Origin: Kondoa subrosea
Lineage: Eukaryota
Length of the DNA stretch: 64,000 nucleotides
Direction: 5' to 3'
Assembly (NCBI GenBank): GCA_039545335.1
Contig: BCIN01000006.1
Location: forward strand, 62,001 to 126,000
Shown: piece by piece, positions 40,956-54,219 of the stretch
How the letters are laid out: each line of letters begins with the position of its first letter
Numbering within the stretch: position 1 is the first letter of the stretch
Notes under the pieces: model-generated
The model's database searches: none
Seen by the model: the letters and a program-made list of their open reading frames with translations, nothing else
Told to the model about the DNA's origin: nothing
Translations under genes and position numbers: made by a program

Positions 40956-43375
40956 TTAAAGAGTACGGATGAAGGTAATTTTGCGATCGCCCTTCCTTTC
41001 CGGATTCGCTCTCTCTTCTGCAATTTCTTCAACAGTCATGTTAGCCAGAAGCTTGCGGCGTCTGTTGTTTTCAATCATGTAAATAACGCGAATGAAGCCA
41101 AACAGCAAGATTGCAGCAACTGAAAACGCATATTGGCATGGCAACAGGAACAGAAAGAGGAGACTCACTGGAGATACCCATGGATATAAGTAACGGGGTC
41201 TTGAACGTAGGAGCGTATTTCTTTTTGTAGATTTGACCAGCAACTATTATACAGCATGAGCAAAGGAATAATTGAAGAGCAAGAGACTTGATAGTACTTA
41301 CTGACTTGTGAAACACCCGTAAGACCGAGCAGTCCGAAAATGATGACCTGAATTGACATGCCATGATTAGTGTCTGTATACAAAGCTTCGATTAGACCCT
41401 TACCTTGACAGAAGCTTCAGGAGTATTGTCTGCCAACCATGCAGCAATCAGGGAGCCTGGAGCGAAAGCTCCGCCAATACATAAATCTATCAACACAAAT
41501 CAGCTTTCATCTCGAGTGAGAACGGAGGTGTTGACGCACGCAAGAAAACGTATTTCAAGATGTTTGACTTGGCACCAACCTAGCGAGAGTTGAACGGTAA
41601 GAAAGATAGTAAAAGCAAGAGTTGTGATGCTCACCATAACAGCAAGACCGATGACAGAGACCACGAGCGAAATGATAGCATGAAGAGAGCGTTCCTTGAA
41701 ATGATCTGAGCTTTTCTGAAAGCCGATCCTAAACGGGAAGGCGTCAGCCAACACAAAGGAAGAAGCGATTATAGAACACTCACAGACCAAGTGCCGCGCA
41801 AAGGAACGGTGTGACCGACATCAAATTGGCTTTGACGCCTTTATATCCGAATGATCCAACAAGAAGAGGCGTGAATCTGTTAGCGATTACATCAGTAATG
41901 TAATGAGGAGCAGTGTGAGAAGTCACTGACACGAGGAAGCCAACAACAGGCATAACGATGCAAATCTGTCCGAGAAGAATGACGAGCTTTTGCCAATCCT
42001 TGAGAGCCTGAAACACGGCAGCTTTCGAGACAGTCTTGCCGTCTGCTGCTTCTGTAGTATAGATTGCAACATCGCGTGCCATTCGATCAATTTGATGATT
42101 GCGTTCTTCAGCATTGAAGACTGCGATGACGAATGAATGTCAGGGTTTGTGAATGTCGCAGGAGAAACGAAACGTACTGAAGGCATTGGCAATTTGACCG
42201 GGTACGATGAATAAGATTAGAATAGCCATGAGCCCGCTGAGACATCCATAAAAGATGAATAAGATCTCTGATCAATCCATTCAATCTCTAGTAAACAAAC
42301 GGTGAAAAAAGAGACTCACGCCAGTTGTGTAGATGACTATCGGTAATTTGGAAGAAGCCATAGGCGATAAGGTTGCCAAATGCACCTTGAAAGTCGTCAG
42401 ACTAATGACTCTGCTAGAGATCAATACAACTGACCGCCAAAAACTGAAAATCCAGTAAAACAAGATAACCGAACCCCATAATTTGCACGCGGGTACATGG
42501 TCGAGATATAGAAAAGTGCAAGCTGAACATAAGGCTACAGGATGCATAAGTATAGCATAAATGACCGCAGCACAAGTACTCACGACTTCGAAGATAGCTT
42601 GCATCATGCGAACAAAGTAGAAGACGCCTTGATTCTTGCAGAAAGCTGATGCGATAGTCATGATTCCCCAACTGAGAGTGATAAAAGATACGAAAGGCTA
42701 GAGACAAGATAAGAGGATAATCACAGAGAGTCAAGATTCATGACTTACAGGTACGCCGACTCTTCTGGCCAGTGCAATCAGAAAAGGTGCGAAGATGACT
42801 TTAAAACACAATTCAGCTGAAAAAATCGAAAGGAGTTAAATCATTTAGCACCTGCTACCGCTGTCATTGAGACTGAGAAGACAGCTTTAGCTTCCGCTTG
42901 ACCTGACGGAGTGAAGCACTTACCCGCATCCTGAACTACATTGGGCGAGAATCCAGTGTCCTTAAGAAACCCTGCAGCGAGATTAAGCAGTTAGTCTTGA
43001 CGAGTGACCACAAGCGAGAACAGCTTACCGACTGTTAAGGCATTACCCAGACTGTTCTTGTCCAAAGAAGCCAGCATGTAATTGATAGACAAGATAGGCA
43101 AAACGACGAAATCCAATTTTCGATTGATGCGCTTGTCCAGAGCACGCTCTCGATCATCAAGCGGTGTATATCCGGCCTATTAATCCATATCAAATTGGGT
43201 GTATTCGCGGAAAATAACGCGTGAAACTCACTGTAGTTTTGGTGTCTGCAGAAACAGCTTCGACACCTGCACCTATTTGACCATTCTCACGATGAGAGAT
43301 GTCGTCAAAAGCTGACTTTTTGTCTTCGCTTGAGCTATGTTCGAAAGCAGGTCTTTCTTTGTTTAAGATTGACAT
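40956..43375 (-). CDS. MFS anion:cation symporter family transporter (Dal5/Tna1-like)
   Basis: KRINRKLDFVVLPILSINYMLASLDKNSLGNA, QALKDWQK, ANLMSVTPFL, SSDHFKERSLH, ENNRRRK..GDRKITFIRTL*. Confidence 0.9.
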
Positions 43376-43882
43376 ATTGCGGAGTTCAAGGGGGGAGATT
43401 GATTCTGGAAGGAAGAAGTTGAGAGATAAAAGGGAGAAGGTCTGGATACACTGATGGGTGTGGGCTGTTAAGGTATTTCCCCAAGGTGCACCACAACCGA
43501 AAGATATCCTCTGTTCCGAGAAATGACCGAAAAGGATCCGTAGGGCAAAGCACTATGTTCTTCGCTGGATAGGTTTTGCCTGCATGCTAGAATAGATCTC
43601 TAAGTCAAGTCTTCTTCCCTGACAACACTACATACTGCGACTAGTCCAAGTATACTGTCTCAGTAACTTGAACACTTTGACGATTGAAAGCCCGAGCGAT
43701 TGAGCAAAGCAAAGCAAGACATTCCACTAAGGAAAACCGTGATATTGTGAGTACAGAGCGTTGTATCGCGGTGATTTTCTTCACTGACATTGCTCAAAGA
43801 CCAGAAAAACACTTGTACGAACTTTCTTCACTTTGAAGCAGAAGAATTACCTACGCGCAGTGATACAGGCAAGAAGAAGAAG

Positions 43883-45593
43883 ATGCTCGTCGCCTCTAAC
43901 ACAAATTCGCCTTTGCCATCGAGTGGTTGTCCGTATGCGTCTTTGTTGGCGAGAAGCGACGACTTTAATCCTCTGGCACAAGATGAGTAAGCTCTTGCCT
44001 TGTGGAACTTGCGCTTGTATGCTATCACGGAAGCTCATCACTTACACCGTCGACAGTCCAGAAGAAATCAGGAAACAATACAAAGAATTGCGAAAGACAT
44101 GCCCTGTCGCTTACACTTCAGCTTATGGAGGTTATCATCTTTTGACGCGTTATGAAGACATTAAAGCGGCTGCTCTCAATCCCGAATTATTTATAAGCTC
44201 AGTCAAGGTGAAGACATCAGTCACTGCTATGAATCCCTTATTTACTCGTTCTTCCGTGTAGGCAGTCGTTCCTTCTGATCCAAGAGGCCTTCGTAGAGCT
44301 CCATTGAATTTCGACGCACCTGCTCATACTCCTTATCGTCGAGCTTTGGAAAGAACTATCAAACCAGCTCGAATTAAGAAATTGGAATCTCGACTTGAAG
44401 CTATCGCGGAGAGGGAATTGCTGCTTTGGATGGCTAGCGGCTCTTCAGATATTTGTTCTGGCTTTGCAGCTATCTTTCCTGCTTATGTCGAAGCTTTATG
44501 GCTCAAGTAAGTTCTGCCTCCGTCTTCCTTAGGATCTGAATCTGATTCGTACTATGTCGTTGTTAGTTTGGATGAAGCCATAGCTCCAATCTTGGCAACT
44601 AAAGCTTCTAGCTGGGTTATTGCTTGGAGGGATCAGCGTGGAGATGATGTGACAAGATATTCGCAAGAACTTTATGCCATTGCACGAGACTTGATTGAAG
44701 ACAGACGTCAAAATCCTCGTGATCCAGAAGAAGATCCTGCTTCCTCTTTGCTTTCGGAACGAGAAAAAGGGAAGCCTTTGGATGAAACGCATTTATTAGG
44801 TTGCATTAGACAGTCTCTTGTTGTTGGTGAGTCGATATAATCTATTGCGATCGGAACTTGCTGAGCCAAAGTCTTTATAGGCATGGTTGTAAGCATTTCC
44901 CTCTCAGTATTTATTTCTAGACGCTAAGTATCAATATAGGCTCCACCCATTCTCCTTGGAGCTATATGCAAACACCTGTCAGAAGATCCAGAGTTGCAAG
45001 AACAACTTCGTAATGACTCTTCACTCATACCAGCAGCTGTAGAAGAATTCGTTCGATTGTACTCACCCTATCGGTAAGTCTCATCCTTTTGTTGCGCATG
45101 TCTCCGACCAACTGAAATCTGCGACTTTAGAGGTTTCGCTCGAACTGTCAGCAGGGAGATAGTCTTGCATGGTCGCACTATTCGGCCGGAAGAGCCAATT
45201 ACCATGACCTACGCATCAGCAAACAGAGATGAAACCGTTTTCGAAGAGCCTGACAAGTTTATCTTGAATCGCAAAAATATTACTTCACATCTTGGTTTTG
45301 GTAGAGGGTGCGTTCTTGTATTTGTTGTTTCCACGACGCTTGTTAAGAAGCTGTCTTCATTCTTTAGAAGACACGCTTGTGTGGGAATGCCTTTGGCTCG
45401 AATGTCAATTCAAGTCGCTTTACGAGGTGAGCGCAAACTTGGGATTCTATTCTGTGTCAACGCTGAACAGAAGGACTCTATAGTGTTACTGGCGAACACC
45501 AAGTCATTCAAGGTCACTGGCGAGTGTCAATTTGCACGTATGCCTGAACTTGGTATTACAAGTTGCCCTCTCGCAATTGTACCAAGGGATTGA
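43883..45593 (+). CDS. Soluble, bacterial-type cytochrome P450 with atypical I-helix
   Basis: No TM anchor; ELRKTCPVAY..GGYHLLTRYEDI, DAPAHTPYRR, AAVEEFVR (ExxR), ASANRDETVFEEPDKF, HLGFGRGRHACVG. The I-helix reads LVVGMVAPP. Confidence 0.9.
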
Positions 45594-45807
45594 AGGAGTT
45601 GATTGTATGGTTTTGCTTTGTTGGTATATTGTAATGGAATTACTCTCTGAACATCAGAATTGCTCAATGCTTATTGTTACTAAGTCCCAAGCAGGCAGAT
45701 CGCTTTGTCAGACTTCTTTCGGCTTGTCAAAGCACAATGTAACTGAAAGGTCATCGGGAAAGACGTGCAGCAAGATGTGATTGCAATGCCTGTAATACGT
45801 TACAGAA

Positions 45808-47336
45808 CTACTGCGTGATCAGACCCCGATACAACTCTCGTTCGAATTTAGCGTAAAACTCCTTCACATCCTGATGAGACAAGTCAGGATTAGAACAGCA
45901 ATGACATATCACGAGAGAGCAGACGTACGATATCATCGCCAGGAGCAACTTCAGTCATGAAGGTGAACACCAGTCCCGCTTTCCTATCAATCAACCAGTA
46001 AGTGCAACTGTGGTGTAATTAAAATGAGTAAAGATGTTTTTGAGGGGATTGAACAATGATGAACTAACGCATAACCTTCTCCATACACTGTCCCAGCTCT
46101 TCTTCCACCAGGCAAGTCCTCCAGAATGATCTTGATTGTGAAACCCAAATTACAACTCAAATTGAAACCTTCATCGTGTTTGCTGGGAAGAGGTAAACTG
46201 TCTTTAAGGTACTGCCACATTCCTTCTTGTTGTGTAGGATCATGAATGAGCGGAGTACACATGAGTTGCCAAGTTTCTTTCTTGATCAACCGAGCACCAT
46301 TATCGTGGAAAAGTCCATCGTTCAGAAGACAGCGAAGGATCTTCATGTAGGATCGGACTGAACCAAAACATCCACCACCACCGGAACAAGCGATTGGCCG
46401 TAGTACTCCTCCAATATCAACGCCATCCCATCCAGTGCCATCGGCTTTGCGCATGCATAGATTGACGAGTGAATCATTGTGTTTAGGTTCGCGGCGCCAG
46501 AACATGTCCGTAATGCCAAGTGGTCTGTCAAAGCAGCACCATAAGCACTCTTACGTCAACTTCGATGCGCGAGTACGCACTCGAAAATGTTCTTTTTGCA
46601 ATAACTGCGTGTCGAAATTAGCAGTTTCTCCACAACAACAGCAGATAGCAAATGCTGATGGCTCACTCTTCAAAATCCATTCCAGTTGCTCCCTCGACCG
46701 TGAATGCAAGGAAATCTGTGTCGTGACTATAGGAGAATACGTTTCCAGGATCAGCATTATGAGGCATTTCAGTGATAACGCTCTGGGTCATCATTGGTTA
46801 TTCAGAGCTATCAATCCAATGAATGCTTTGCTACTGACCCTGGGAGCTTCAGGTCCTTGCCAAATATCTTCTAAACCCTTCTTCAACCGATAACGTTGAT
46901 GTTTGTCTGGACTAGCTCTTGAAAAGATGAAACCTCCAGTATGAGTCAAGAGGTTTTGAACTGTAACTTTCTTCTTCCTATCCACCATGACTTCATTTCC
47001 CTCTTTATCGAATCCACTTAAGATTTGCAACGATTTCAATTCTGGTACGAAATCTTCTGCAAAACTTTCTAGAGAGAAAAGGCCCTTTTCAATACATTGA
47101 GCTGCAGCTAAAGCGGTGATGAGTTTAGTTTGTGAAGCGAGCCAAAAGATGGAATCCAAAGTTGCTTTATTGTGTTCATCGTTTGGTTTGCCAGGATAGA
47201 TTCTCACGCCAGCAGCAGCTTCGAAGAGGACTGATTCTCGATTCCCAATACTTGCTACGATCCGAGGTAGTGGTCTATCGCTTTTGCTTGTTGCATCCTG
47301 GATAATTTGCTGTAATGCTTCGAAATTGATAGACAT
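45808..47336 (-). CDS. Beta-lactamase-fold serine hydrolase (class C / LovD-EstB-like)
   Basis: FWLASQTK (SxxK), LLTHTGG, PGNVFSY (catalytic Tyr), SGGGGCFGS, GGRRAGTVYGEG; TAG 45808-45810. Confidence 0.9.
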
Positions 47337-47549
47337 GGCTGACAATGATGATCAGTTTACTTGATGCGATGCTCTTGTGTGCGTGTTCCAGATAGGTTGT
47401 ACAAGGGCATAATCATTTCAGCCAGCATTCAGGCTATTCGACATTCGAAGGATAGTTTTCGGAAGATATTCCATGTTCTAGGCACCGAGCAATCCTTTGG
47501 CTGTGTATCTCTTTGCAGGTACAGTCCAATCCGTTCGCCGCATACGGCC

Positions 47550-49082
47550 ATGCTGGATACGAAGGCGTTGAACAAGCTAGTCGATTATTCGCTGTCCGAA
47601 GCAAACCAACCTCTTCCACGATTAGCGATTTCAGTAGCTTCTCGTGATGAAACCCTTTGGTCTGCAGCTGGTGGGCATCAAGTCTATCCAGCAAATGGTC
47701 AACCTCATGGCAAAGTCACGCTTCAAACTCCCTTTGCACAATTCAGCAGTACAAAACTCATCACTCAACTTTGTGCTTTACAACTTCTCGAGCAAGGTCT
47801 CATCAATTTAGAAGATCATGCAGAGAAATGGGTTCCAGAATTACGTGGAATGAACATTTTGACGGGCTATACGGCAGAAGGAGTCGAGCAGTATCAAGAA
47901 CCGACAGAGAAAGTTACAGTCAGACATCTCTTTTGTCATACTGGTGGACTTCCTTATACTCCAATGAGCCCTATACACGATCGTTATCGAAAAGAACATG
48001 GTATTGAACCAGCTGTCGAAGGTCCTAACGGTGATAGAGTGCGTTTACCTTGTGATTAATGTTGTTAGCGGTCAAGCTGATTTGGAACGATCGATCAGAA
48101 TGCAATCACTGGAATTCCGTTGCTGTTCAATCCTGGAAGTCGGTTTCAGTACAGCACAGGTATTGATTATTTAGGTTTCATTGTCGAGGCGATTTCTGGC
48201 TTAGATTTAGAAGAGTGAGTCAAGCTTCTCTTGCTTCTATTCTTTGACTGAGTCCTGCTCTTTTTCAGGTATACTCAAAGACATATTTTAGAGTCAGTCA
48301 AACCATTTCGAGCTCAAGTATGGCAGCTTACCATCTGCAATCACAGACCATTAGCAATTCACGATATCGTATACCGACGAAATCCAGCATATATATCGAA
48401 ACAAGCAAATCTCGTTACGCCCGTTCAAAACGCACAAGGCAAAACGACCTTCAAACCAGCACCTTTCACCAATCCAATAAATCCCATCACTCCACAAGGA
48501 GGTGGAGGTTTACATTCTTCTACAGAATCTTTCAATAAGATACTCATGGCTTTATTGAATGACGGTCTATATGCACCCACATCGTCAAGAATTTTGAAAA
48601 AGGAAACTGTCGATTTGCTCTTCACACATCAATTTACGAAAGAAGAAGAGAAACATTTGAGTGAAGCAGTGGAAGAATGGATGAGAGTGGATCAAGATCC
48701 TTTTCATCGCAGTTTAGGTAATGGTGGGAAAAGTGAAATTGTACCCAAGTGTAAAAGAGGTTGGGGAATGGGAAGTGCAATCAATCTGGAAGATATCAAA
48801 GGAGGTAGAAAAGCTGGTACTCTGTATGGTTCTGGGTTTGGGTATGTTCCCCCTCTTTTGGTCAATGCTCTTGTTGTATTGACGAGGATCTCTTTTAGTG
48901 ATACATATTGGTGGGTTGACAGGAAATCAGGAGTATGCGTCACTTTTATGATCAACACAGCGCCGGCAAGATCTCCAGTGAGTGCATTCCTATTCTCGTT
49001 CGGAAAGACATTGATATGTTTCGCGCAGGGCGTGTTTGATTTCTGGGAAGCCTTTGAAAGGGAGTTGTACAAGTCTTTTTGA
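47550..49082 (+). CDS. Beta-lactamase-fold serine hydrolase (paralog of the divergent neighbour)
   Basis: QFSSTK (SxxK), LFCHTGG, PGSRFQYSTG, QGGGGLHS, GGRKAGTLYGSG, YWWVDRKSG, FERELY. Confidence 0.9.
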
Positions 49083-49129
49083 ACGTACATGTATTGTATT
49101 GAGTGGTCTATAGGCAAGATATAGACATC

Positions 49130-49402
49130 GAGCGGAAAGCCAATTCTGTCCCGTTGATTTTCTTCATCATGCGCTCTGTCGTCCAATTAGTTGAAACCAG
49201 AAGGAGAATTTGTACCGAGAGCGGGCATGCTGAGTACCGCCTGATGCAGAGCTTCGTCTTGTAGGCATTCCGGAAAGTTGTATCGAACTGCTTGCGCCAA
49301 ACGAGAACGATAGTAATTTCGACGTAAAGCGTTCTTATCGTCGTGCTGTCGATGAAGACTGTAACGAAAGCGCATTTGCTCGTCTTAGCTTCTAGCTTCC
49401 AT
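49130..49402 (-). pseudogene. Degenerate fragment of the multi-KH gene family
   Basis: Begins ATG GAA GCT AGA AGC TAA GAC GAG (MEARS*DE versus MEARSQDE at 40658), continues QMRFRYSL..KNALRR..VRYNFPECL, with a second in-frame TAA at 49187-49189. The lower boundary is approximate. Confidence 0.65.
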
Positions 49403-49598
49403 TGGCGCGAAGAACAAGCAGTTCAGAGGATTGCTTGAAATAGCGAATGGAAGCTGCCACAGACAGCCAGTGCACGTAGGTTTGGATGGTATAGAGACTT
49501 GAGGTGGTATCGTGATTCCAGTGGTATAGAACGGTCCTAGCTGTGGTTGGTCGGGAGAAAGCACAATTCGACGCAAAGGACGGAAGCGCTTGAAGTCC
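49376..49598. repeat. Dispersed direct repeat, copy 2
   Basis: Same orientation as 40632-40851; core 49482-49572. Confidence 0.9.
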
Positions 49599-49808
49599 TC
49601 TTAGGTTTGTAAGTAAAGGAAGCTGCATGTGCTGCATATTGTAGGTGTCATGATTTATGCTACATTGGATATCGTAATGCGAAATACATGCTGAATGAAT
49701 GCGACAGATCATAGTATGCTTAGTGAGGTAGCGGATTGACTTGCAAAGAGTCTTCGAGCGATGAGGGTCTTGAATCGGGACAGTGCTGTGTACTTTCGAA
49801 TTCGTGCA

Positions 49809-52800
49809 TCACTAACAGAAACATTAGTATCTGTGCCAAACTTGTCAAAAGCGGTCTTACAATAGCATCTTCCAGCACAAGCCGAGGAGCGATGTTCATT
49901 GACAAAAGCTCTTGGAATAAAAGTTTGGCAGCATCTACAGCAGATCGTAAGCGCTCATTGCTTAAAAGAAAAAGCAAAACACACAAGGAACAGTCAATTT
50001 GGACACCTTTGTGCCACTCTTGCATCTGACACACCACGAGTTGTATCCCATGAATCCACAAGCTTGACAGACATCGACATCAAAGGCATCGGAGGAGATC
50101 ATCAGGCGTTCCTACGATATGCATGTGAGAAAAGAGGCTGCGGTCCGTCATAAATACTCACCAGTAGCAAATGTGATGCACCGTGAGCTATCAGACAATC
50201 TTTCTCCATCTCTCCTAGACGCAGACCACCATCTCTAGATCGACCTTCGGTTGGTTGACGGGTAAGCATCGCTCGAGGCCCTCTGCAAACGATATCAGCT
50301 ACGTCCAATCTGCGCATTCAAGCTCATCTTACCTCGCTCGAGCATGCATTTTATCAGCAACCATATGCTTGAGCTTTTGATAGTCTGAAAGAACCAATCA
50401 GCTTGATCCAAAGCCAACTGGAAAGCGACTAACAAATTGGTCCGAAGAAAACATAACTCTCCAAAGGTTCACCAGTGATACCAGAAGTAAGGTAATCTTT
50501 ACCAGCATAATTGTAACCATGTTCAACAAGCACTTTCGACATGTCTTCCACTTTTGATCCACCAAAAGCAGTGCCATATTCGAACTTGCCAGCCAATACA
50601 CCAGCTTTACCAGAAATCAATTCCAACATCTTTCCTACTGTCATACGTGAAGGGAAACCATGCGGGTTCATGATAATGTCTGGATTGATGCCTTGATCGT
50701 TGAAAGGCATGTCGACTTGAGGAACAATGAGACCGCAAACACCTTTCTGACCATGACGAGAGGAGAATTTGTCACCTAGTTCTGGTACACGAGTTTGTCG
50801 CATGAGAATCTTGACTAGAGTTTGATCTTGATCAGAATCCGTAATGAGAACTTTATCGATATAACCATCCAAAGGTGAGCGATAAACAGTTGGAGAATCT
50901 CTCCATTCCGTTGTTGCGTATTCTTGACCTGGTCGATTGTCCATAGCATTGCCGGGTGTTTGCTTGTTCAGATAAACATCGTTGTTGCCCACTCGTTGAC
51001 CTACACCGCCAATACCATCTCGATCCAGACATTGGTAGCGAGGTAAGACTTTGCCGTCTTCATCTTTCGGCGGATCAGCCAGACGATCGTAGCTGTATCA
51101 TTAACCATAAGCCTATCCTCGTCAAGGCCAGAATGTTCACTCACGTTCCGTTTGGATAACGCTTGATGATACTCGTATACTTTCTGAACACCTGACATCT
51201 ACCGAATCCACGGTCAACACTTGCTTTGTTCAAAATCAGAGCATCTTCAATATCATAACCAGAGTAAGACATGACAGCGACCATAGCGTTATTTCCAGCT
51301 GGTAGCTTATCATAGCCAACTAATTCGATAGCTTTTGTTCGACAAAGAGGTGTTTGAGGGTAGACCATGAGGTAAAGCAGTGTATCGATTCTATTTAGTT
51401 GATTGTAACCTATTGCGCCTATTGCTTGTTTACCCATAGCGCATTGATAAGTATTACGAGGAGACTGATTGTGATGAGGGTAAGGAATGAGACCAGCGAC
51501 TGCGCCAAGGAGAGTGAAAGGTTCGATTTCCAGATGCGTATGAGGAAGATTGGGTGCCAGATCTCTTTCGTACATTGCTATAAGAGTATCGTTCTCTTCA
51601 TTCACATCCAAGTATTCGATTAAACCTTGAGTAAGGAAATCATCGAAAGACATTGTCTTGTTCCGTAGTTGAGCCAAATGCGCCGAAGTCACTCGAGGTC
51701 GACCATTCTCGCAAATGATCATAGGTCGACAAATTCTTCCACCATCAGAAGAGATATGTACAGCTTTCTGTGATTTGTTGATGTAGATACTGACAAACTC
51801 AGACATGTAGCCAGCTCGACGGAGATCTCTGAACTTTTCAACAAAGTCCAAAGGATTCTGAGTTAGACCAAGTAAGTTACCGTTGAGATAAATGACGAAG
51901 GAGTTGATATCGTAGAGTTCTCGTCCAAACATATTATTCAGATCTGTCGGTCATGTTGGGGGATAAGCACTGTGCGCGCATATTCCAAAGCAACAACCGA
52001 CCTTCAACACCTAATGCAAAAGCTACTTGCCAAATCGGCTGTTCAGGCACATCGGTAGTAATGTGGGTCATTAGCGCCAAATTCTTGACCAAACCACAAG
52101 CTTCTCCTTCAGGTGTATCAGAAGGACAAAGAACACCCCATTGAGAAGGTTGCAAAGCTCTTGGACCTGAAACTTTTCTCGTCTTTTCAAATTGCGAAGC
52201 GATACGAGTCATCATTCCCAAAGCTGAAATGTAAGAAAGTCGAGATAAGACGTGAGTGATACCAGCTCTTTCCATCTTAAAACGCTTGATGGACCAGTTG
52301 CCCGTTGAGATAGCTCTATTGAAACCGGATGTAATATGATCTCCATGAAGTTGGAATTGCTTGACTGCATCGAATTCAGCTGTGCGGTTTCGGATTTTCA
52401 TATTTTTATCAATGGACATCTTCATATCGGAATTGAACTTCTTGAAAAGATCTTCGAACAAGAGTGCAAGAAGTTGCCCAGCCCTGTATGTCGATGTTCT
52501 TGTTCAGTCTACGATTAGACAGAAGCAAGCATCCAACATACAACTCAAGTCTCTTGTTTCCAACATAATCTCTATCATCAATAGTCGAAGGATCTTCAAT
52601 AGCCATCAAAACTCTTCGAACCATCAAAGCGAGATAAATAGCTTTCGGTCTGAAGTTGAGGTTATCGACCGGTACGTGAGCAAGAACAACGGTCGCAAGA
52701 ACTTCAGCTGCTTCTTCCGCATAGACTCTTTTAGCAGGTTGACCTTGAGGACCCCATTTTTTAGTAGTTTTGACTTTGGATCCGATATAATCTAAAGCTT

Positions 52801-53920
52801 GACCACCTGTTCGAATACCTAATCTTTCTGCTTCTTCCATTGAATTGGCAAAAGATAAGCGATAGTTGTCATTCTGACCACAAACGAGTTGAATGATTTC
52901 ATGATCTGTTGTAATACCCATAGCTTTCAAAGCAATGACCACTGGAATTTCTTCATGAATTGAGTTGTGCTTGAGGTAGATCTTTCCATGTTTTGTGGCA
53001 ACGTAGGTTTTCGATTTTCTGGTCAAATCGGAAGAAGTGACTGATGCTTGAGGACCTTTGTTAGAACCTCTTGCTTCCGCTTCAACGATGATACGATTCT
53101 TTGACATTTGTTCTTGAACGAGAATAACTTTCTCTGTTCCTTTGACTACGAAATATCCTCCTGGATCTAGTGGACATTCGTTGAATTTGGCTAAAGTAGC
53201 TTCGCTTTGGCCAGTCAAGACACATCTGCCAATATCAATCAATGAGATTGATCACATTGGACATCAACAGACCCACCTATTCGATCTCAGCATAACCGGT
53301 AATCGACCAATATGTAGACCTCTTGTTCTAATCTTTTGACCATTTCTTGTGTAGACGACATCCACAGTAATAGGAGCAGAGTATGTCAAATCACGAAGTC
53401 GACATTCATGTGGAGTGATAGTTTTCCGAATAGCAGACTGATCTAATCGAGTAGGCATACCAACGTGAATATCTTCATACTCGAGGTAGAACTTTGGATC
53501 AATGTCAGAAGTGATTCTTGAATTGGCTTGAACGATATGCTTGAGTTCTACATCCACCAAATGATTGAAGGAATCCAAATGTTGCTTGACGAGACCTTTG
53601 ACAGCGAGAAAAGCAGGTAAAAGCAACCATTTGTCTTCGATCGACTTGATTGGTGCATTGAGCTTGTTTCCTTTGAAATCTGCAGCTCCCATCCAATCTG
53701 CCGCTTCTTTGACTTTGGCATCTGATTCTAGTGAAGGTAGATGAGGCATCGGTGGCAGCTTGTGCTCGTCTTTCTCTGGATCAAGAGAGACTTTTGAGGA
53801 ATCCACATCCATAGCAGACTCATCAACAACTGAAGCTACGACTGGAGCAGATGGTTGCTCTGCTCTCGCTTTGCCTTTCGCATACTGAAGTCGTCTGGAG
53901 CTACCTTCAGGTGCGCTCAT
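49809..53920 (-). CDS. RPC2: RNA polymerase III second-largest subunit
   Basis: [24 protein letters not shown] (Pol III type), [81 protein letters not shown]-terminal [10 protein letters not shown] followed by an intron and TGA at 49809-49811. Confidence 0.97.
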
Positions 53921-54219
53921 GTCTACAGACAGACAGGTATCTATACAGCTGCTTGCTGAGCTTCAGTGGGTATTGCAAGATTTTTGGCGGCTCCGGAAAA
54001 AGAGTCAAGAATTGCATTGTACTTCAACATTAGCCGCTTTCTCGCTCAAACAGTGACTTCATCAGCTTGCACTGCTTCCTCCATCTCCTATTCTATTCGT
54101 GCCCTGTTTCTGTATTTTGTTCTCGTCTGCAGATTCTCACTTTCGCGACTTCCAGTCCGATTATCATTCCCTCTTACAAATGCTTCTCTTCCGCTCTCCT
54201 TTGCAGCACATCTAATCGA

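Noticed and set aside
40632..49598. LTR retrotransposon or composite transposon defined by the direct repeats
   Set aside because: No TG..CA ends, primer-binding site, gag/pol or transposase. The repeat includes the start of a host-type gene.
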